A stretch of 64,000 nt of DNA from Takakia lepidozioides (GCA_030704615.1 CM060734.1:6076001-6140000); one strand, 5' to 3'. Shown: positions 48,534-62,712, counted from the stretch's first letter. Made by a program: numbers and translations. Notes: generated by a model from the letters alone, not told the origin.

Positions 48534-49747
48534 CCTCGCTCTTACATATTACAACTATGACTAGATCTTTTTGTCGATGATAGTATTCCTATAACTTCTA
48601 ATAGGTTTGTAAAATTTCAACATAGCATTTCATGCCCGAATTTCGAAGCATTGCCTATGAGGCATGTCTTTCGTGATTTGACTATGGCGCCCAATGCTTG
48701 TGGACGACCTTTATATTTGAAGCATTCTTTCTCATTATTCTGGAATTTTCAATTTGAATTTTGCATGGACCACGGTTGTACGTCATATTTGTTGAGCTGA
48801 ATAACTGTTAACCAGAATAATTTTGATTGACCTGATAGGGATTTAATGTAGAACTTCATAGTGTCGATGAGTAAGTTATAACTTATTAACAAGTCCACCG
48901 TTGTTGTCAAGTTGCGGGTTTGGAATTTTAATCAAGTCCACCAGCATACATGAATATTTCATAGGGATACTCAATTTCAGAGTGAATAGTTCTCAATACA
49001 TTGCATGCCAAAATGTGAATATTGCGCGGTCTGCTCTACTGGACAACCGCGGTTGTTGTATATCCCATCTTGTTTGTCATTGACCCAACATCATTTGGCA
49101 TTATTGATATTATTTTGTATCAACATCATGGTGCATGCACATTCCACTTTGCATACATTCATAGTTTCATAATTATATAAATGCAAGTTCCGAACCAATT
49201 TCATATTTCATACGAAAACAAACCGGGCTACATGTATTCCAATAGTTTAGTGGACCGCGACACATTCACCGCGGACCGTCTTGCAAGTTCTTGCCTACGA
49301 AGATGTCCGTCTTCTTAATTGTTTCTATTTCTACGACGGGATGACAATCTTGCCGGCCCCACCAGCGTGAAGTCCGAGTCCCCCTGCACTTCACCGCCAG
49401 CACCATGGTCGGTGTTGTCATCGTCCTCAGTGGCCGTTGTGTTTGCATCAGGCATTCTTAGGCGCATCCGACCCCATTTGATCTTCATTTTCCGCATTGG
49501 CCTATTCCCATCGCGATCAGTAATTCCATCGATAGTATCTGGCCCATGTATGTTGCGATCACCAATGACACTTTGTACAATTTTTTGCCTTTTCGCCGCT
49601 TGTGGGGGATTTTGTATTCTCGTACCAGAATGGGGGCCACGGTGATGCACTGCTGAGGGTCCGCCGACATGATATGAGAGTCGATTGACATGGGTGGACT
49701 GTCGGTTCAGATGGACCTGCAATGGCAAATGATCGTCATCCGATGGA

Positions 49748-51729
49748 TCACAGAGACATTTCCATCTGCGTTTGGGATGACCGAAGTGCTTGTCCTCGCG
49801 TCATAGGAGCGCTTGCCATGTTTTTTGTCACATTCTCGTGCGACTTGGGCTCTTCAATTTCCTCTGTTGTTTGCGGTGTTGTGGTGGACGGGAGGGTAAC
49901 AATTGCCGCCATGTGTACTTCCACATTTTCATTGGTCTCATTCCCATTTGGAATACTACCTGAGCCCCGTTCCTCATCCACGCTTGGGTGAAGGCCGAAG
50001 TTGACTGCACTGCTTGGCAATGTCGGAAGAGGATGCACATGCGGGTGGTGGTCCGTATCATGCACTGTAGTGCGGGTGACTCTAATATGAGCCACATGAT
50101 GCACCACATCATCCGCGAGTAAGTCATCGAAGGCATTGTATCATCGTCCTCGTTGAAACCATGTGCATCATATCCATTGTCCTCTGCATCATTGCCCTCT
50201 GCATCATCTCCCGCTTGGGAGCTATCCGAACTAGTAGAATTACCGGCATCATCACTTACTGTATAGGCCTCAAAAGCTGAGTCTTCATATTGCAAATTCC
50301 TCTCGTACCATGCTGCAGTATCATCCCCCGCTTGAGCCCGTAATAGCCGTGAATTGGTATACACATATACCAATTTCTCGGCCCTATCCGGATGCAACCT
50401 GTTCCAAATCTTGCTATGCATGAATGAATAACTACTCCAATTACGTTCACAGGAAGACGCGGAGCACACTTGAGCAAGAACGCGCTTTGCGATAGGGGCC
50501 AATGTCCTTGCTCCGGCGCCAATCAAATCCCACCATTCATGCGGCTGCATGTTAAGTTTTTTTGGATCCGGAAGGTTGTGGAAATGGTCACGACGATCCG
50601 AGAAACTTTGATACTCCGATATAGCTCTCTCCCCTTGATTTGGAGGGACCAATTTCATGAGTGTCCGTATCAATCCCGCTTTCGCATCGACATCATCTCT
50701 CAACATGTTGTTGTCAAGTAGAAATGGATTCAACAATATCCCAGCACCATGCAAGTCTGTAGTGGCCATTTTCCATCGTTTCACAAAAGCCGCCTTGGCC
50801 CTTCTTGCCAACTCTGCATCTAGTGAGAATGGAGGGTCTTTCAATGAAAATACATGTTGCTGAAGGTTCCTCAATAGCAACCATGCCTTTCCCATAACTG
50901 GTTTCTTTCCATCGAACTCCCGTAACACAACAAGGGCTGGCTCCACCATGTGCACAAAATTCTCACACTTGGACCAGAAATCATGTGATCGAATAGTCTT
51001 TCTGCTCTTTTGACTTTTGCACAGTGACTTGTTCTTCCGAGAGTCCCGCAACGTCCGTACGTGGACTTCCCACTGTGGGTCAATAACAGTGTGCTCGAGC
51101 ACGGACCTCAAAGTCACCAACCTGTCCACCATCAGGAAGTTGGTGGCAAACCGAGTTTCCCCTGGATTCTTTAGGCTGTATTTTGGTTCGTGCCTCATGT
51201 ATATTGCCAAAGGCATGTGGTGGTTTCGGATGAACTTCACAACAGACTTGGCCTGCTTCACAAGGTCTTTCACCCATTGCTCTTTTTCCCAATCTTCTAA
51301 CAGTAGGTCGAGGATATGAGCATAACATCCCTGATAATACATGTGAGGGTACTAAGCCAAAAGTAACTGGGCCATATTTCTCATGTTTGAGGTATTGTCC
51401 GTACAAATTTGCACAATTTTCTCCGGTCCAACAGAGTCAATGGCTTTCGATAGCACCAGAAACTAGTAACGTGCATCCTTCCGTTCCCCGGTTGTATCAA
51501 TAGCTCATATAAATTGTTCCCCCGCAAGACATACGAGCATGATGTTGAATAATGGTTGGTTTGTGACAGAGCTCCAACCATCGGCACATAATGTACTTCC
51601 ATATTTTTGCAATGAATCCCTGGTTCGATTTGTTACTCATTTTGAAAGGTCGGTCATGGTCTCTTCCAACAATCCCGTACGTAGAGCATTGTAAGGAGGT
51701 GGCGTGTACGTGCATTTTGGCTCCGAAGT
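49748..51729 (-). pseudogene. hAT transposase (DUF659 and hAT dimerisation), 3' part
   Basis: Motifs CADGWS, ICTDN, CYAHILDL, TRFAT, WW and SASSCERNWS. In-frame stops occur upstream of 51342. Confidence 0.92.
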
Positions 51730-52456
51730 TGTCGCGGCCCTTTGCCTTGAGGGCAGGGGGTCGGGACACATGAGGGGCTGCCCCTGTGGTGGGGGCAGTG
51801 GCAGCGATGGGTACGGGGGGCTGAAGCACCCTTGAGTGCCCAAGGCACTCAAGGAGGCGGAGGTGCTCATTAGGTGGAGCCCCGCACACCGGGATGCGGT
51901 GGGGGTGGCTTCACAAAGGGGTGGTGGTAGCTTAGCGGGACTTAGTGGGGGTGGCATAGTACTCACCTTGGGGCAAAGACCTCGTGGTGGGAGTCGTGGG
52001 GAGTCTTGGGACTCATCACGGTCCATAGGGGCCATGGTGGGTGGGCCAAGACTCACCGCAACTCATCACCGGGAGTCGAGGGTTTTCGTGGTGGTTCACC
52101 ATAAAATGGCATGGTTGTTTGTGAAACCCCCGCGGACAACTACAAAAGTATATATAGGGAGTAGTAACCCCGAGAACGGTGCAAGCCCGTTGGTGACCAA
52201 AAACTAGTGAGTAAGCGAGCGAGCCGGAAAGCGACCAAAGAGTGGGGAGCTGTTCCGGACTGCCAAATACCAAAGGGAATTCCCGCTGGGCCCAAATCGG
52301 TGGAGGGTTCTTTGGGAGATCAAAGGGGGACCATTATGCCCTGGTGAGCAGCCGAAGCTCCAAGTTGGCCCGGCGGCCAGGTTGGGAGTTAGGCGCGTGC
52401 ATCAAAGCGAGTAACTATGACTTGAAGGGGAGCTTACCGAAGTGAGGTGCGCGACA
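51730..52456 (+). repeat. 5' LTR
   Basis: Runs TGTCGCGG to GCGCGACA, with TATATA at ~52149. Confidence 0.95.
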
Positions 52457-52458
52457 CT

Positions 52459-52470
52459 TGGTATCAGAGC
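52459..52470 (+). other. Primer-binding site (tRNA-iMet)
   Basis: TGGTATCAGAGC lies 2 nt after the LTR. Confidence 0.92.
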
Positions 52471-52511
52471 TTAGAGTTCAGTACGCGATCGTCCTTGGGA
52501 TTGGCCTCATC

Positions 52512-55500
52512 ATGGGGTCGGGCAAGCCAAAGCGAAAGCGGAACGGCCCAAAAGATGATGATCCTGGTGAGCCCGATGGGGGCGACGTGTCACCGAGGCG
52601 GCCGTTTGAGGAAGCGATGCATGTTTCCGAAAACGAGGCCGCTCAAGAGCGGGAGGAATCTGAGGAGTCGGAGCCTGAGGAATCCTTGAGAGCTTCGACC
52701 GACCAACAGATGCCTCCCATGCCGGCAGCCTTTTTGGAAGGGTTGTTGGCGCAATTTGGCGGGACGTTGAAAGACGTGTTGAAGGCGGCTAATACCACTT
52801 CCACTAAGGCAAAGTTTAAGGTGAAGCCAAAGGAACCTGGCACCTTCGAGGGCGTCCAAAATCGGAAGGCATTCAACACCTGGCTCTTGGAGCTGGAGCA
52901 GTACTTCCGGGCGGCCAAGTTGAGTGACAAGGATCGGGTGGAAGTGGCTCCCACCTATTTGAGGGGCTATGCTCAACAATGGTGGCAGAAACGCCTTCAC
53001 GACCAAGGTCCAAGCCTGGAAACCTTGAACTGGAGTGGGTTCAAGGAATGTCTCTTTGTGCCCCTCAACGCGTCCTGGCTTGCCCAGGACAAGATGAGGA
53101 ATTTGAAGCAAACAGATGACATTCGGGGATATGTCCAGGCTTTCAATGTGCTTTTGCTCGAAGTCGCGGACATGGCAGAACCAGAAATGGTCTTCAACTT
53201 TGTGGCGAGACTGGCCCCATGGGCCAGGCGGAAGTTGGAGGAGAAGCCACCTAAGACTTTGAACGAGGCAATTGAGAGGGCTAAATGTTTCTCGGATGTC
53301 CCTAGGGGTGAAAGACAAGGCCGTACGGAGCTAAACCACAAGAAGACCCGGCGGGAAGGTGACCCCTTCTGACCGGAAAAGAAGTAGGATAGGCCACGCG
53401 GCAACAATGGCACGTGGAAATCGAAGGGAGGGCCTTCACACGTCAAGGCGGTACCCGGTGCTTCGAAAGGAAAAGCGGGTGGAGCGGCTTATGGCGGACA
53501 GAAGACCACCTTTGATGGAGTGTGTTTCAATTGCGGGGAGCCCGGGCACATGGCCAAGAAGTGCACAAAACCTCGACAATTGAACATGACTCGGGCAACC
53601 ACGGAGCTGTCGGAAGATACCATCAGTCGTTTGGTGGAAGCGGTGGTCGCCAGGACTTGCAAGGTAGGCAACTATTCTTGTGAGTTGTATCAGGAAACTG
53701 GCGCCCTACGTAAAAGGAGTTAATTATTGTTTGTGGATGGGATAATATCCGGAACTAATGTGTCATTGTTGGTGGACACAGGAGCGTCACACTCCTTCAT
53801 GACGCCGCCGCCGGCGCAAAAGTTGGGACTCCCGACAAGTGACGTGGGGGCCTCTATTGAGGTGCGTTCTGCCAAAGGAGAACCACAACTGGCGACAAGG
53901 TTGGCATTTGATGTTCCTCTTCAACTGGGGAGTTGGGAGGGACGTGAGAACTTCACCATCTGCGAGATCGATGGAGTGGATCTCATTTTGGGGATGACCT
54001 TTTTGAGCAAATCCGGAGCGGTCATAGATGGCCGCAAGAGAGTAGTCACGCTCCCATGTGGGAATGGTGGCGAGGTCTTACGAGTGTCGGAAACGCCCAA
54101 ACCCGTGGGAGGGCGAATAAACCTCCTGTCAGCAAAGGAGTGGGCCGTGGAGGAGGCACACGAGCCCCAGTTTTTGCTCTATATTAGAGAAGTGAAGGGA
54201 GAAGGCGATGGGGAGCCGAGCCCAGATTGGATCAAGGGGATTTTGGAGAAATACCAGGATGTGATGCCGGAGGATTTACCAAGCGGCTTGCCACCACGAA
54301 GAGGAGTTGACCACAAGATTGAGGTGATACCGGGATCGGAACCGCTTGCCAAGGCACCCTACCGGTTGAGCCACAGAGAGTTGGTCGAGCTGAAGACTCA
54401 GCTCAAATATCTAATGTCAAAGGGGTACATCCGGCCGAGTAAGCCACCTTACGGAGCCCCGGTGCTATTTGCAGACAAGAAGGATGGGACGCTGCGTGTC
54501 GATTACAGGGCTTTGAATAAGGTGACTATAAAAAACCGGTACCCATTGCCAAGGATCGACGACCTTTTCGATCGGTTGGCAGGAGCGAAGTATTTCAGCC
54601 GGATCGATCTGCGCTCCGGCTATCATCAAATTCGAGTGGCGGGAGGAGATGAGGAGAAGACCGCGTGCAGGACAAGGCATGGTTCATATGAGTTCTTGGT
54701 GATGCCTTTTGGACTCACCAATGCTCCCGTGACCTTTAGCACGCTGATGAACAGCCTTTTCCAGGAGTGGTTGGATGACTTTGTGATCGTGTACATCGAC
54801 GACATCTTGGTGTATTCGAAAACAAAGGAGGAGCACCTGGAGCACCTCAAAAGGGTGTTCCAGAAATTGCGGGAAGGGAAGCTGTATGCCAAAGCTTCAA
54901 AGTGCGAATTCGGGGTCACAAAAGTGGAGTTCCTGGGGCATGTGATTACACAGGATGGGATCAGAATGGATGACAGGAAGGTGAGGGCAATCTTGGATTG
55001 GGAGCCTCCGACTTCGGTCCCGGGAGTGCGATCCTTCCTAGGACTCGCCTCCTACTACCGGAAGTATGTGAGAAATTTCGCCAAGATCGCGGGGCCGCTG
55101 TCAGACCTTCTGTGTAAATCCAAAGTCTGGGCATGGAACACCTTTTGTGGCCAAGCTTTTGCTGAATTGAAGCAGCGGATGGCGGAAGCTCCAGTCTTGA
55201 AAATCCCGGAGTTCGATCGTCCGTTCGAGATTCATACAGATGCGTCGGACTTCGCGATTGGGGGTGTACTGATGCAAGATGGACGCCCAGTGGCTTACGA
55301 AAGTAAGAAACTGAATGAAGTGGAGTGACGGTGGCCGACGCACGAGAAAGAGATGAAGGCGGTGGTGCACTGTCTTGAGCTTTGGCGCCACTATGTTGGT
55401 TCCAACCCAGTGAAGGTGTTCACGGACAATGTCACGGTGAAGTATTTTGCCACGCAGCCCAAGTTGTCCCCAAAACAACTTAGGTGGCAAGATACTTTGG

Positions 55501-57059
55501 TGGTGTTCGACGTGGATATCCAGTACAAACCGGGACGGGACAACGTGGTGGCCGATGCCTTAAGTAGAAAGCAGCAGCTTTTGTTGGTGTACAGGGGCGA
55601 GACGGCGCTCCAAAGGAAGATCCGGAAGGCTTGCCGGAAGGATGAGCTGGCGAAGTCCGTGATGCAGGACTTGAGGAGGGGGGTTAAATCGCAGTTCCAC
55701 TTGCAAAATGGATTGCTCCGGTATAAGCAAAAGCGTCTCTACGTGCCGAAGGGAGGGATCAGAGATAGTCTCTTGAGAGAATGCCATGATAGCCCGTTTG
55801 CAGGCCACGGTGGAGCCAAGCGCACTGCGGCACTCTTGAAGAAAGAGTATTTCTGGCCCAAACTGAGGGAGGAGGCAGAGGAGTATGTCAAGACATGCAC
55901 CACATGCCAACAAAACCGGAGCAAGTACAAAAAGCAAGCGGGGCTGTTACAACCCTTGCCGATTCTAGAGGGGACTTGGGAAAGCGTTTCAATGGATTTC
56001 ATGACTGCTATGCCACTGTCAAAAGGATTCGATGCAATCATGGTGGTGGTGGATAGGTTCAGTAAAATGGGCCATTTCATCCCCACCAAGGAGACGGCAA
56101 CGACGCAGGAGACAGGGCGACTTTACTTCGCCCACGTCTTAAAGCATCATGGAGTCCCGAAGGATATTGTCTCGAACCGCGATCCAAAGTTTACGAGTAA
56201 ATTTTGGAGGACACTTTGGAAGAAGATGGGGACGAGGCTGAAGATGAGCACCGCCTTCCGACCTACGACCGACGGCCAAACGGAAAGAGTGAATTCCGTA
56301 GTGAAGCAGATCTTGCGGAATTACGTGTCGGCAAACCAATCAGACTGGGTGGAACACTTAGACGCGGTAGAGTTCTGTTATAATAACACAGAACACTCCG
56401 CAACGGGAGTTTCCCCTTTCGTATTGGTCTATGGAAAAGCACCTCTGGTGCCGACAAGTTGGGCCGCCCAGGACATTGAGGAACCGGCAGTAGCGGCGGT
56501 ACTGGAAGAACGTGAGCATTTGTTGAAGCTCGCAAAGTACAACATTGCCAAAGCTAGGAAACGGTATGAAAGGCAGGCGAATTGGAAGCGGAGGGAAGTG
56601 AAGTTTGAGGCAGGCACGGAGGTTTGGTTGAACATCAAGAATTTCCGACTACCTCCGGAAGTGAATCCAAAGTTCGTACCTCCGTATGCGGGACCCTTTC
56701 ACATCCGGAAGGTTATGAATGAGGATGTGTATGAATTGGAGATGCCGACAAACAGCAAGGTGCATCCAGTATTCCACGTCTCCCTTTTGAAGCCTTACTT
56801 CAAAGATGAAGCGCGTCCGAATCGGCATCAAGTGTTGCGTCCGCCACTTGTGCTGTTGGATCATGAAAATGAACCTGAGTACGAGGTGGAGGCAGTACTT
56901 AAGTCGAGGAGGTTCTTGAACCGAGAAACGGAGTATCTCGTCAAATGGAAGGGCTATCATCATGTGGAGGCATCTTGGGTGCGTGCCTCAGAAATGGGAA
57001 ACGCATCCGAGGCGGTTGCAATTTTTGAAGGGCGACCTCAAAAGCGGAAGAAGCGTTGA
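52512..57059 (+). pseudogene. gag-pol polyprotein in a single frame with four premature stops
   Basis: Zinc knuckle [49 protein letters not shown] and SMDF, chromodomain EYEVEAVL..YLVKWKGY. Stops at 53370, 53385, 53721 and 55326. Confidence 0.95.
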
Positions 57060-57960
57060 TGGGGACATCAACCTTGGAGCGTGGGGGAGGAAATGCATGC
57101 TTAGCCCGGCTTAGCTAGCTCATGAATCCCATTGCAAAAACTTGTATTGTACAAAAATTTGTTAAAAAGGAAATGGGTTCCAAATGTTGTGCGTCCTATT
57201 TTGTTTGGAATGGTGATGCATGGTGTGGTTGGCTAGTGTGTAGAATGCATGCTAGCTTACAAAAGTGGGAGAGGTAAACTGGGTTAATCGTGTGTTTGCG
57301 CAGTGCCGAAATCAGGTGACTCCCATCCAAGGGGCAAGGAAACATGCGCCTTCTTTGGGAGTTCACGTGCTAGTGCGCACCTGGCGCGTGCGTGTACTAT
57401 AACTGCGCTACCGAGGTGGTTGCCTTGTAGTGCGGGCTAATGCGGAAGCTACGTGCTTTCGTTCACGTACTATAATCGTGTAGCCTCGGGACGAAGTCGT
57501 AGTGCGGCTTCGACGTGTTCCCGTACCTCAGGCCAGCATTCCAAGACGGACCCAATTGTAGTGATTGGGCGCACGGTTGGTTCAAGGTTATCTTCCTAGT
57601 CAAAGGGGGTTCGAGGTGAACCCTTGCGCAAGGTGATGCCAAAAGCGGCATCATGAGTGATCGCAAGCAATGTTGTTGCAATAAGGCGATTCGATCCTCA
57701 GGGAGGATCGTTCCTTGGCCTTGAAGCCAAGAAGAGTGCACTAGGAAGAGCTTGAGAGGCTCCACCCCTGGCCGGGACTTGGAGGAAGTCGGCTGAACTA
57801 GCTAGTGGAGAGTAGAGTCAAGTGTGGGGTTTGGTTTTTTGCCATGGGACACCATGGTACGGAAACAAACTCCTTGATGTGGGACGCCACAACTTGGATG
57901 TTCGTTTTTACAAAATGGACAAGTCGATGAGGACATCGACTCCCTGTTGGTAGGGGTGTG

Positions 57961-58687
57961 TGTCGCGGCCCTTTGCCTTGAGGGCAGGGGGTCGGGACAC
58001 ATGAGGGGCTGCCCCTGTGGTGGGGGTAGTGGCAGCGATGGGTACGGGGGGCTGAAGCACCCTTGAGTGCCCAAGGCACTCAAGGAGGCGGAGGTGCTCA
58101 CTAGGTGGAGCCCCGCACACCGGGATGCGGTGGGGGTGGCTTCACAAAGGGGTGGTGGTAGCTTAGCGGGACTTAGTGGGGGTGGCATAGGACTCACCTT
58201 GGGGCAGAGACCTCGTGGTGGGAGTCGTGGGGAGTCTTGGGACTCATCACGGTCCATAGGGGCCGTGGTGGGTGGGCCAAGACTCACCGCGACTCATCAC
58301 CGAGAGTCGAGGGTTTTCGTGGTGGTTCGCCATAAAATGGCATGGTTGTTTGTGAAACCCCCGCGGACAGCTACAGAAGTATATATAGGGAGTAGTAACC
58401 CCGAGAACGGTACAAGCCCGTTGGTGACCAAAAACTAGTGAGTAAGCGAGCGAGCCGGAAAGCGACCAAAGAGTGGGGAGCTGTTCCGAACTGCCAACTA
58501 CCAAAGGGAATTCCCGCTGGGCCCAAATCGGTGGAGGGTTCTTTGGGAGATCAAAGGGGGACCGTTATGCCCCGGTGAGCAGCCAAAGCTCCAAGTTGGC
58601 CCGGCGGCCAGGTTGGGAGTTAGGCGCGCGCATCAAAGCGAGTCACTATGACTTGAAAATGAGCTTACCGAAGTGAGGTGCGCGACA
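57961..58687 (+). repeat. 3' LTR, preceded by PPT GGGTAGGGG at ~57949
   Basis: Collinear with the 5' LTR, with about 21 substitutions counted by eye. Confidence 0.95.
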
Positions 58688-58692
58688 GAAGT

Positions 58693-59065
58693 TGTTCTCA
58701 CAGCTGAAACAAACAATGGGAGTCGTGCCACGTTGAATGGTATCTTGGCCTCATAGAAGAACGTTGCCCACTTCTTATCTAACGCCCTCTTCGCTGTCAC
58801 GTTCAATCCCTCCGAAATGGATTGTTGTCGCAGGATTTGTACTTCTTTGAGATCCTCTTGTATCTTGTGGTGTGATTGCATCTCGACCCCCTTGTCCCAA
58901 TGTACCAGATACCTCGCAAGAGTCCCCTTCCGTACAACTGAATGGTACTTCCGGACGCAAATGTGCTGCTTCTGCATGAGGGGGATTACTCTCCTGACCG
59001 CAATTTGGTGTGTTGCCTTCTGCGAGGTTCCCTTCCTCCAATGGCTCCGGAACAACCCTTCCACA
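58693..59065 (-). pseudogene. hAT transposase 5' part, split by the LTR element
   Basis: WATFFYEAKIPFNVAR..RTTS joins EPKCTYTPPPYNALRTGLL once the element and one TSD are removed. Confidence 0.88.
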
Positions 59066-61240
59066 GATTGAAAGCAATGAAAAATCATTTCACCAGGGAA
59101 CGATGACTTCACCCTCCGAACCAATTTTGATTGACCTGATACTCAACAGGTACCTTTGACAAGGTATGTCCAACATACTCGCAAAGATTGAAAGCAATCA
59201 AAAATCATTTGAACAGCGAATGATGGGTTCACCCTTTCAATCAATTTTGATTGACCTGACACTCGACAGGTCCCTCTGATAAGGTATGTCGAACACACTC
59301 GCAATGTTTAAAAGCAATCCAAAATCATTTCACCAGGGAACGATGAGCTCACCCTCTGAACCAATTTTGGTTGACCTGATACTCGGGAGGAGCCTGTGAC
59401 AAGGTATGTCCAACACACTCTCAAAGATTGGAAGCAATCAAAAATCATTTGAACAGTGAACGATGGGTTCGCCCTTTGAATCAATTTTGATTGACTTGAT
59501 ACTCGACACGTACCTCTGACAAGGTATGTCCAACACACTCGCAATGTTTGAAAGCAATTAAAAATCATTTGATCAGCGAACGATGGGTTCACCCTTTCAA
59601 TCAATTTTGATTGACCTGATACTCGACACGTACCTCTCACAAGGTATGTCCAACACACTCGCAATGTTTGAAAGCAATAAAAAATCATTTGAATAGCGAA
59701 CGATGGGTTCACCCTTTCCATCAATTTTGATTTACTTCAAACTTGAGAGGAGCATGTGACAAGGTATGTCCAACACACTCGCAAAGATTGAAAGCAATCA
59801 AAATTTCATTTGAACATCGAACGATGGGTTCACCCTTTCAATCAATTTCGATTGACCTGATACTCGACACGTACCTCTGACAAGGTATGTCCAACACACT
59901 CGCAATGTTTGAAAGCAATCAAAAATCATTTGATCATTGAATGATGGGTTCCCCCTTTCAATCAATTTCGATTGACCTGATACTCGACACGTACCTCTGA
60001 CAAGGTATGTCCAACACACTTGCAAAGATTGGAAGCAATCAAAAATCATTTGAACAGCAAACAATGGGTTCACCCTTTGAATCAATTTCAACTGACCTGA
60101 TACTCGACACGTACCTCTGACAAGGTATGTCCAACACACTCGCAAAGATTGGAAGCATTAAAAAATCATTTGAACAGCGAACGATGGGTTCACCCTTTGA
60201 ATCAAATTTGAATGACCTGATACTCGACACCTACCTCTGACAAGGTATGTCCAACACACTCGCAATGTTTGAAAGCAATCAAAAATCATTTGAACAACAA
60301 ACGATGGGTTCACTCTTTCCATCAATTTTTATTGACTTCATACTTGAGAGGAGCATGTGACAAGGTATGTCCAACACACTTGCAAAGATTGAAAGCAATC
60401 AAAAATTCATTTGAACATTGAACGATGGGTTCACCCTTTCAATCAATTTCAATTGACATGATACTCGACACGTACCTCTAACAAGGTATGTCCAACACAC
60501 TTGCAATGTTTGAAAGCAATCAAAAATCATTTGAACAGCGAACGATGGGTTCACCCTTTCCATCAATTTTTATTGACTTCAAACTTGAGAGGAGCATGTG
60601 ACAAGGTATGTCCAACACACTCACAAAGATTGAAAGCAATCAAAAATTCATTTGAACATCGAACGATGGGTTCACACTTTCAATCAATTTCGATTGACCT
60701 GATACTCGACACGTACCTCTAACAAGGTATGTCCAACACACTCGCAATGTTTGAAAGCAATCAAAAATCATTTGAACAGCGAATGATGGGTTCACCCTTT
60801 CCATCAATTTTTATTGACTTCATACTTGAGAGGAGCACGTGACAAGGTATGTCCAACACACTCGCAAAGATTGAAAGCAATCAAAATTTCATTTGAACAT
60901 CGAATGATGGGTTCACCCTTTGAATCAATTTGAATGACCTGATACTCGACACGTACCTCTGACAAGGTATGTCCAACACACTCGCAATGTTTGAAAGCAA
61001 TCAAAAATCATTTGATCATTGAATGATGGATTCCCCCTTTCAATTAGTTTTGATTGACCTGATACTCGACATGTACCTTTGACAAGGTATGTCCAACACA
61101 CTCGCAAAGATTGGAAGCATTAAAAAATCATTTGAACAGCGAACGATGGGTTCACCCTTTGAATCAATTCGAATGACCTGATACTCGACACGTACTTCTG
61201 ACAAGGTATGTCCAACACACTCGTAAAGATTGGAAGCAAT
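59065..61240. repeat. Homogeneous 120-121-bp satellite, 18 copies
   Basis: AAGGTATGTC recurs at 59161, 59281, 59401 and onward to 61204. Confidence 0.97.
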
Positions 61241-62712
61241 TCAAATGGACCTATTTATTGGCTTAAAATTAATTTAAATTCAATTACATTATGGAATGGC
61301 TTGGTGTCGATGTGGAGGCAAACGATTTATTCGTCTGTTGTGTCTCCGCACATGTTCAAGCACATGCGGGCAAAAGAGGGGCTTCAACCACATCCGTTCA
61401 ATGGGTGCAATAGCCGTGCACGCATTGCATGATTTCTTTTTCGCAATGAACAAAAACCAGATGACAACTAAATGCCTCATCGGCCCATCGAACGAATTTC
61501 GATTGATCTCATATTACATCGGGACCTATCAGAGGGTACATTGAAGACATTGGCCAAGTCTCAAAGCGAACGAAAATCATTTGGATGGGCAACCAACCGT
61601 CGGCCCATTGAATGAATTTCGGTTGATCTCATATTACTTTGGGACCTCTTCCATGGCACATTGAAGATACTGGCCAAGTCTCAAAGCAAACCAAAATCAT
61701 CTCGATGGCCAACCATCCGTTGAGCCATTGAATGAATTTCGATTGATCTGATATTAGTTTGGGACTTGTGAGAGGGTGTCTCAAACGTACTGGCAAAGTT
61801 TGGAAGCAAACAAAAATGATTTGGATGGGCAACCATCCGTTCACCCGTTGAATGTATTTTGCTGGATCTGCTATTGCTTTGGGACCTGTTGGACTGTGTT
61901 TCGCGTGCTCACGATTTTTTTCCATTCGGTTTTTGAATGGGGCGTGTAATGTAGCCATATGCAATGTGCGTGCCAAATTTGGGAGCGAACATAATTCATT
62001 TGGACCCAAAACCACAGTTTCTTCTCTGTTTTGCACTCCAAACTTGATTTGTGTTCAACTTCATGCACTCTTCATAGAGAGTTCTGCAATAGTGAGCGAA
62101 GAGAACACTTTTTTTTTGGGGGCATTTTTGATTGGTCCAAATTTTGGCGGGGGAGTAGTGGTGGGATGTTGGAAGCTGCAGAACAAAATTGAGCCAAAAC
62201 AAAAATCAATACGTGCCAGAAACCCCCAATGAAAGGCAGTGCAAACCTATTTATTGGTTTAAAATTATTTTAAATTCAATTACATTATGGAATGGCTCGT
62301 GTCGATGGGGAGGCTAACGATTTATTTGTCTGTTGTGTCTCCGCACATGTGTTGCACACATGTTCAAGCACATGCGGGCAAAAGAGGGGCTTCAACCACA
62401 TCCGTTCAATGGGTGCAATAGCCGTGCACGCATTGCAGGATTTTTTTTTCGCAATGAACAAAAACCAGATGACAACTGAACGCCTCATTGGCCCATCGAA
62501 CGAATTTCGATTGATCTCATATTACACCGGGACCTATCAGAGGGTACATTGAAGACATTGGCCAAGTCTCAAAGCGAACGAAAATCATTTGGATGGGCAA
62601 CCATCCGTCGGCCCATTGAACGAATTTCGGTTGATCTCATATTACTCTGGGGCCTCTTCCATGGCACATTGAAGATATTGGCCAAGTCTCAAAGCGAACC
62701 AAAATCATTTGG
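61240..62712. repeat. Diverged 120-bp units with ~1-kb higher-order duplication; inverted copy of 28800-30715
   Basis: 61250-61700 repeats at 62247-62712. The reverse complement matches 30125-30235 and neighbouring sequence. Confidence 0.88.

Larger units (their letters stand above)
51730..58687 (+). mobile_element. Full-length Ty3/gypsy chromovirus (Galadriel-like) LTR retrotransposon
   Basis: 727-bp TG..CA LTRs, 5-bp TSD GAAGT (51725-51729 and 58688-58692), tRNA-Met PBS, PPT, and gag-PR-RT-RH-INT-chromodomain order. Confidence 0.97.

Noticed and set aside
51591-52445. ORFs within the chromovirus LTRs (also 57798-58676)
   Set aside because: These are GC-rich chance ORFs on both strands without recognisable domains.
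59308-62552. ORFs in the 120-bp satellite, and likewise in 27590-30694
   Set aside because: A 120-bp period preserves frame by arithmetic. Stops are frequent and no domain is recognisable.
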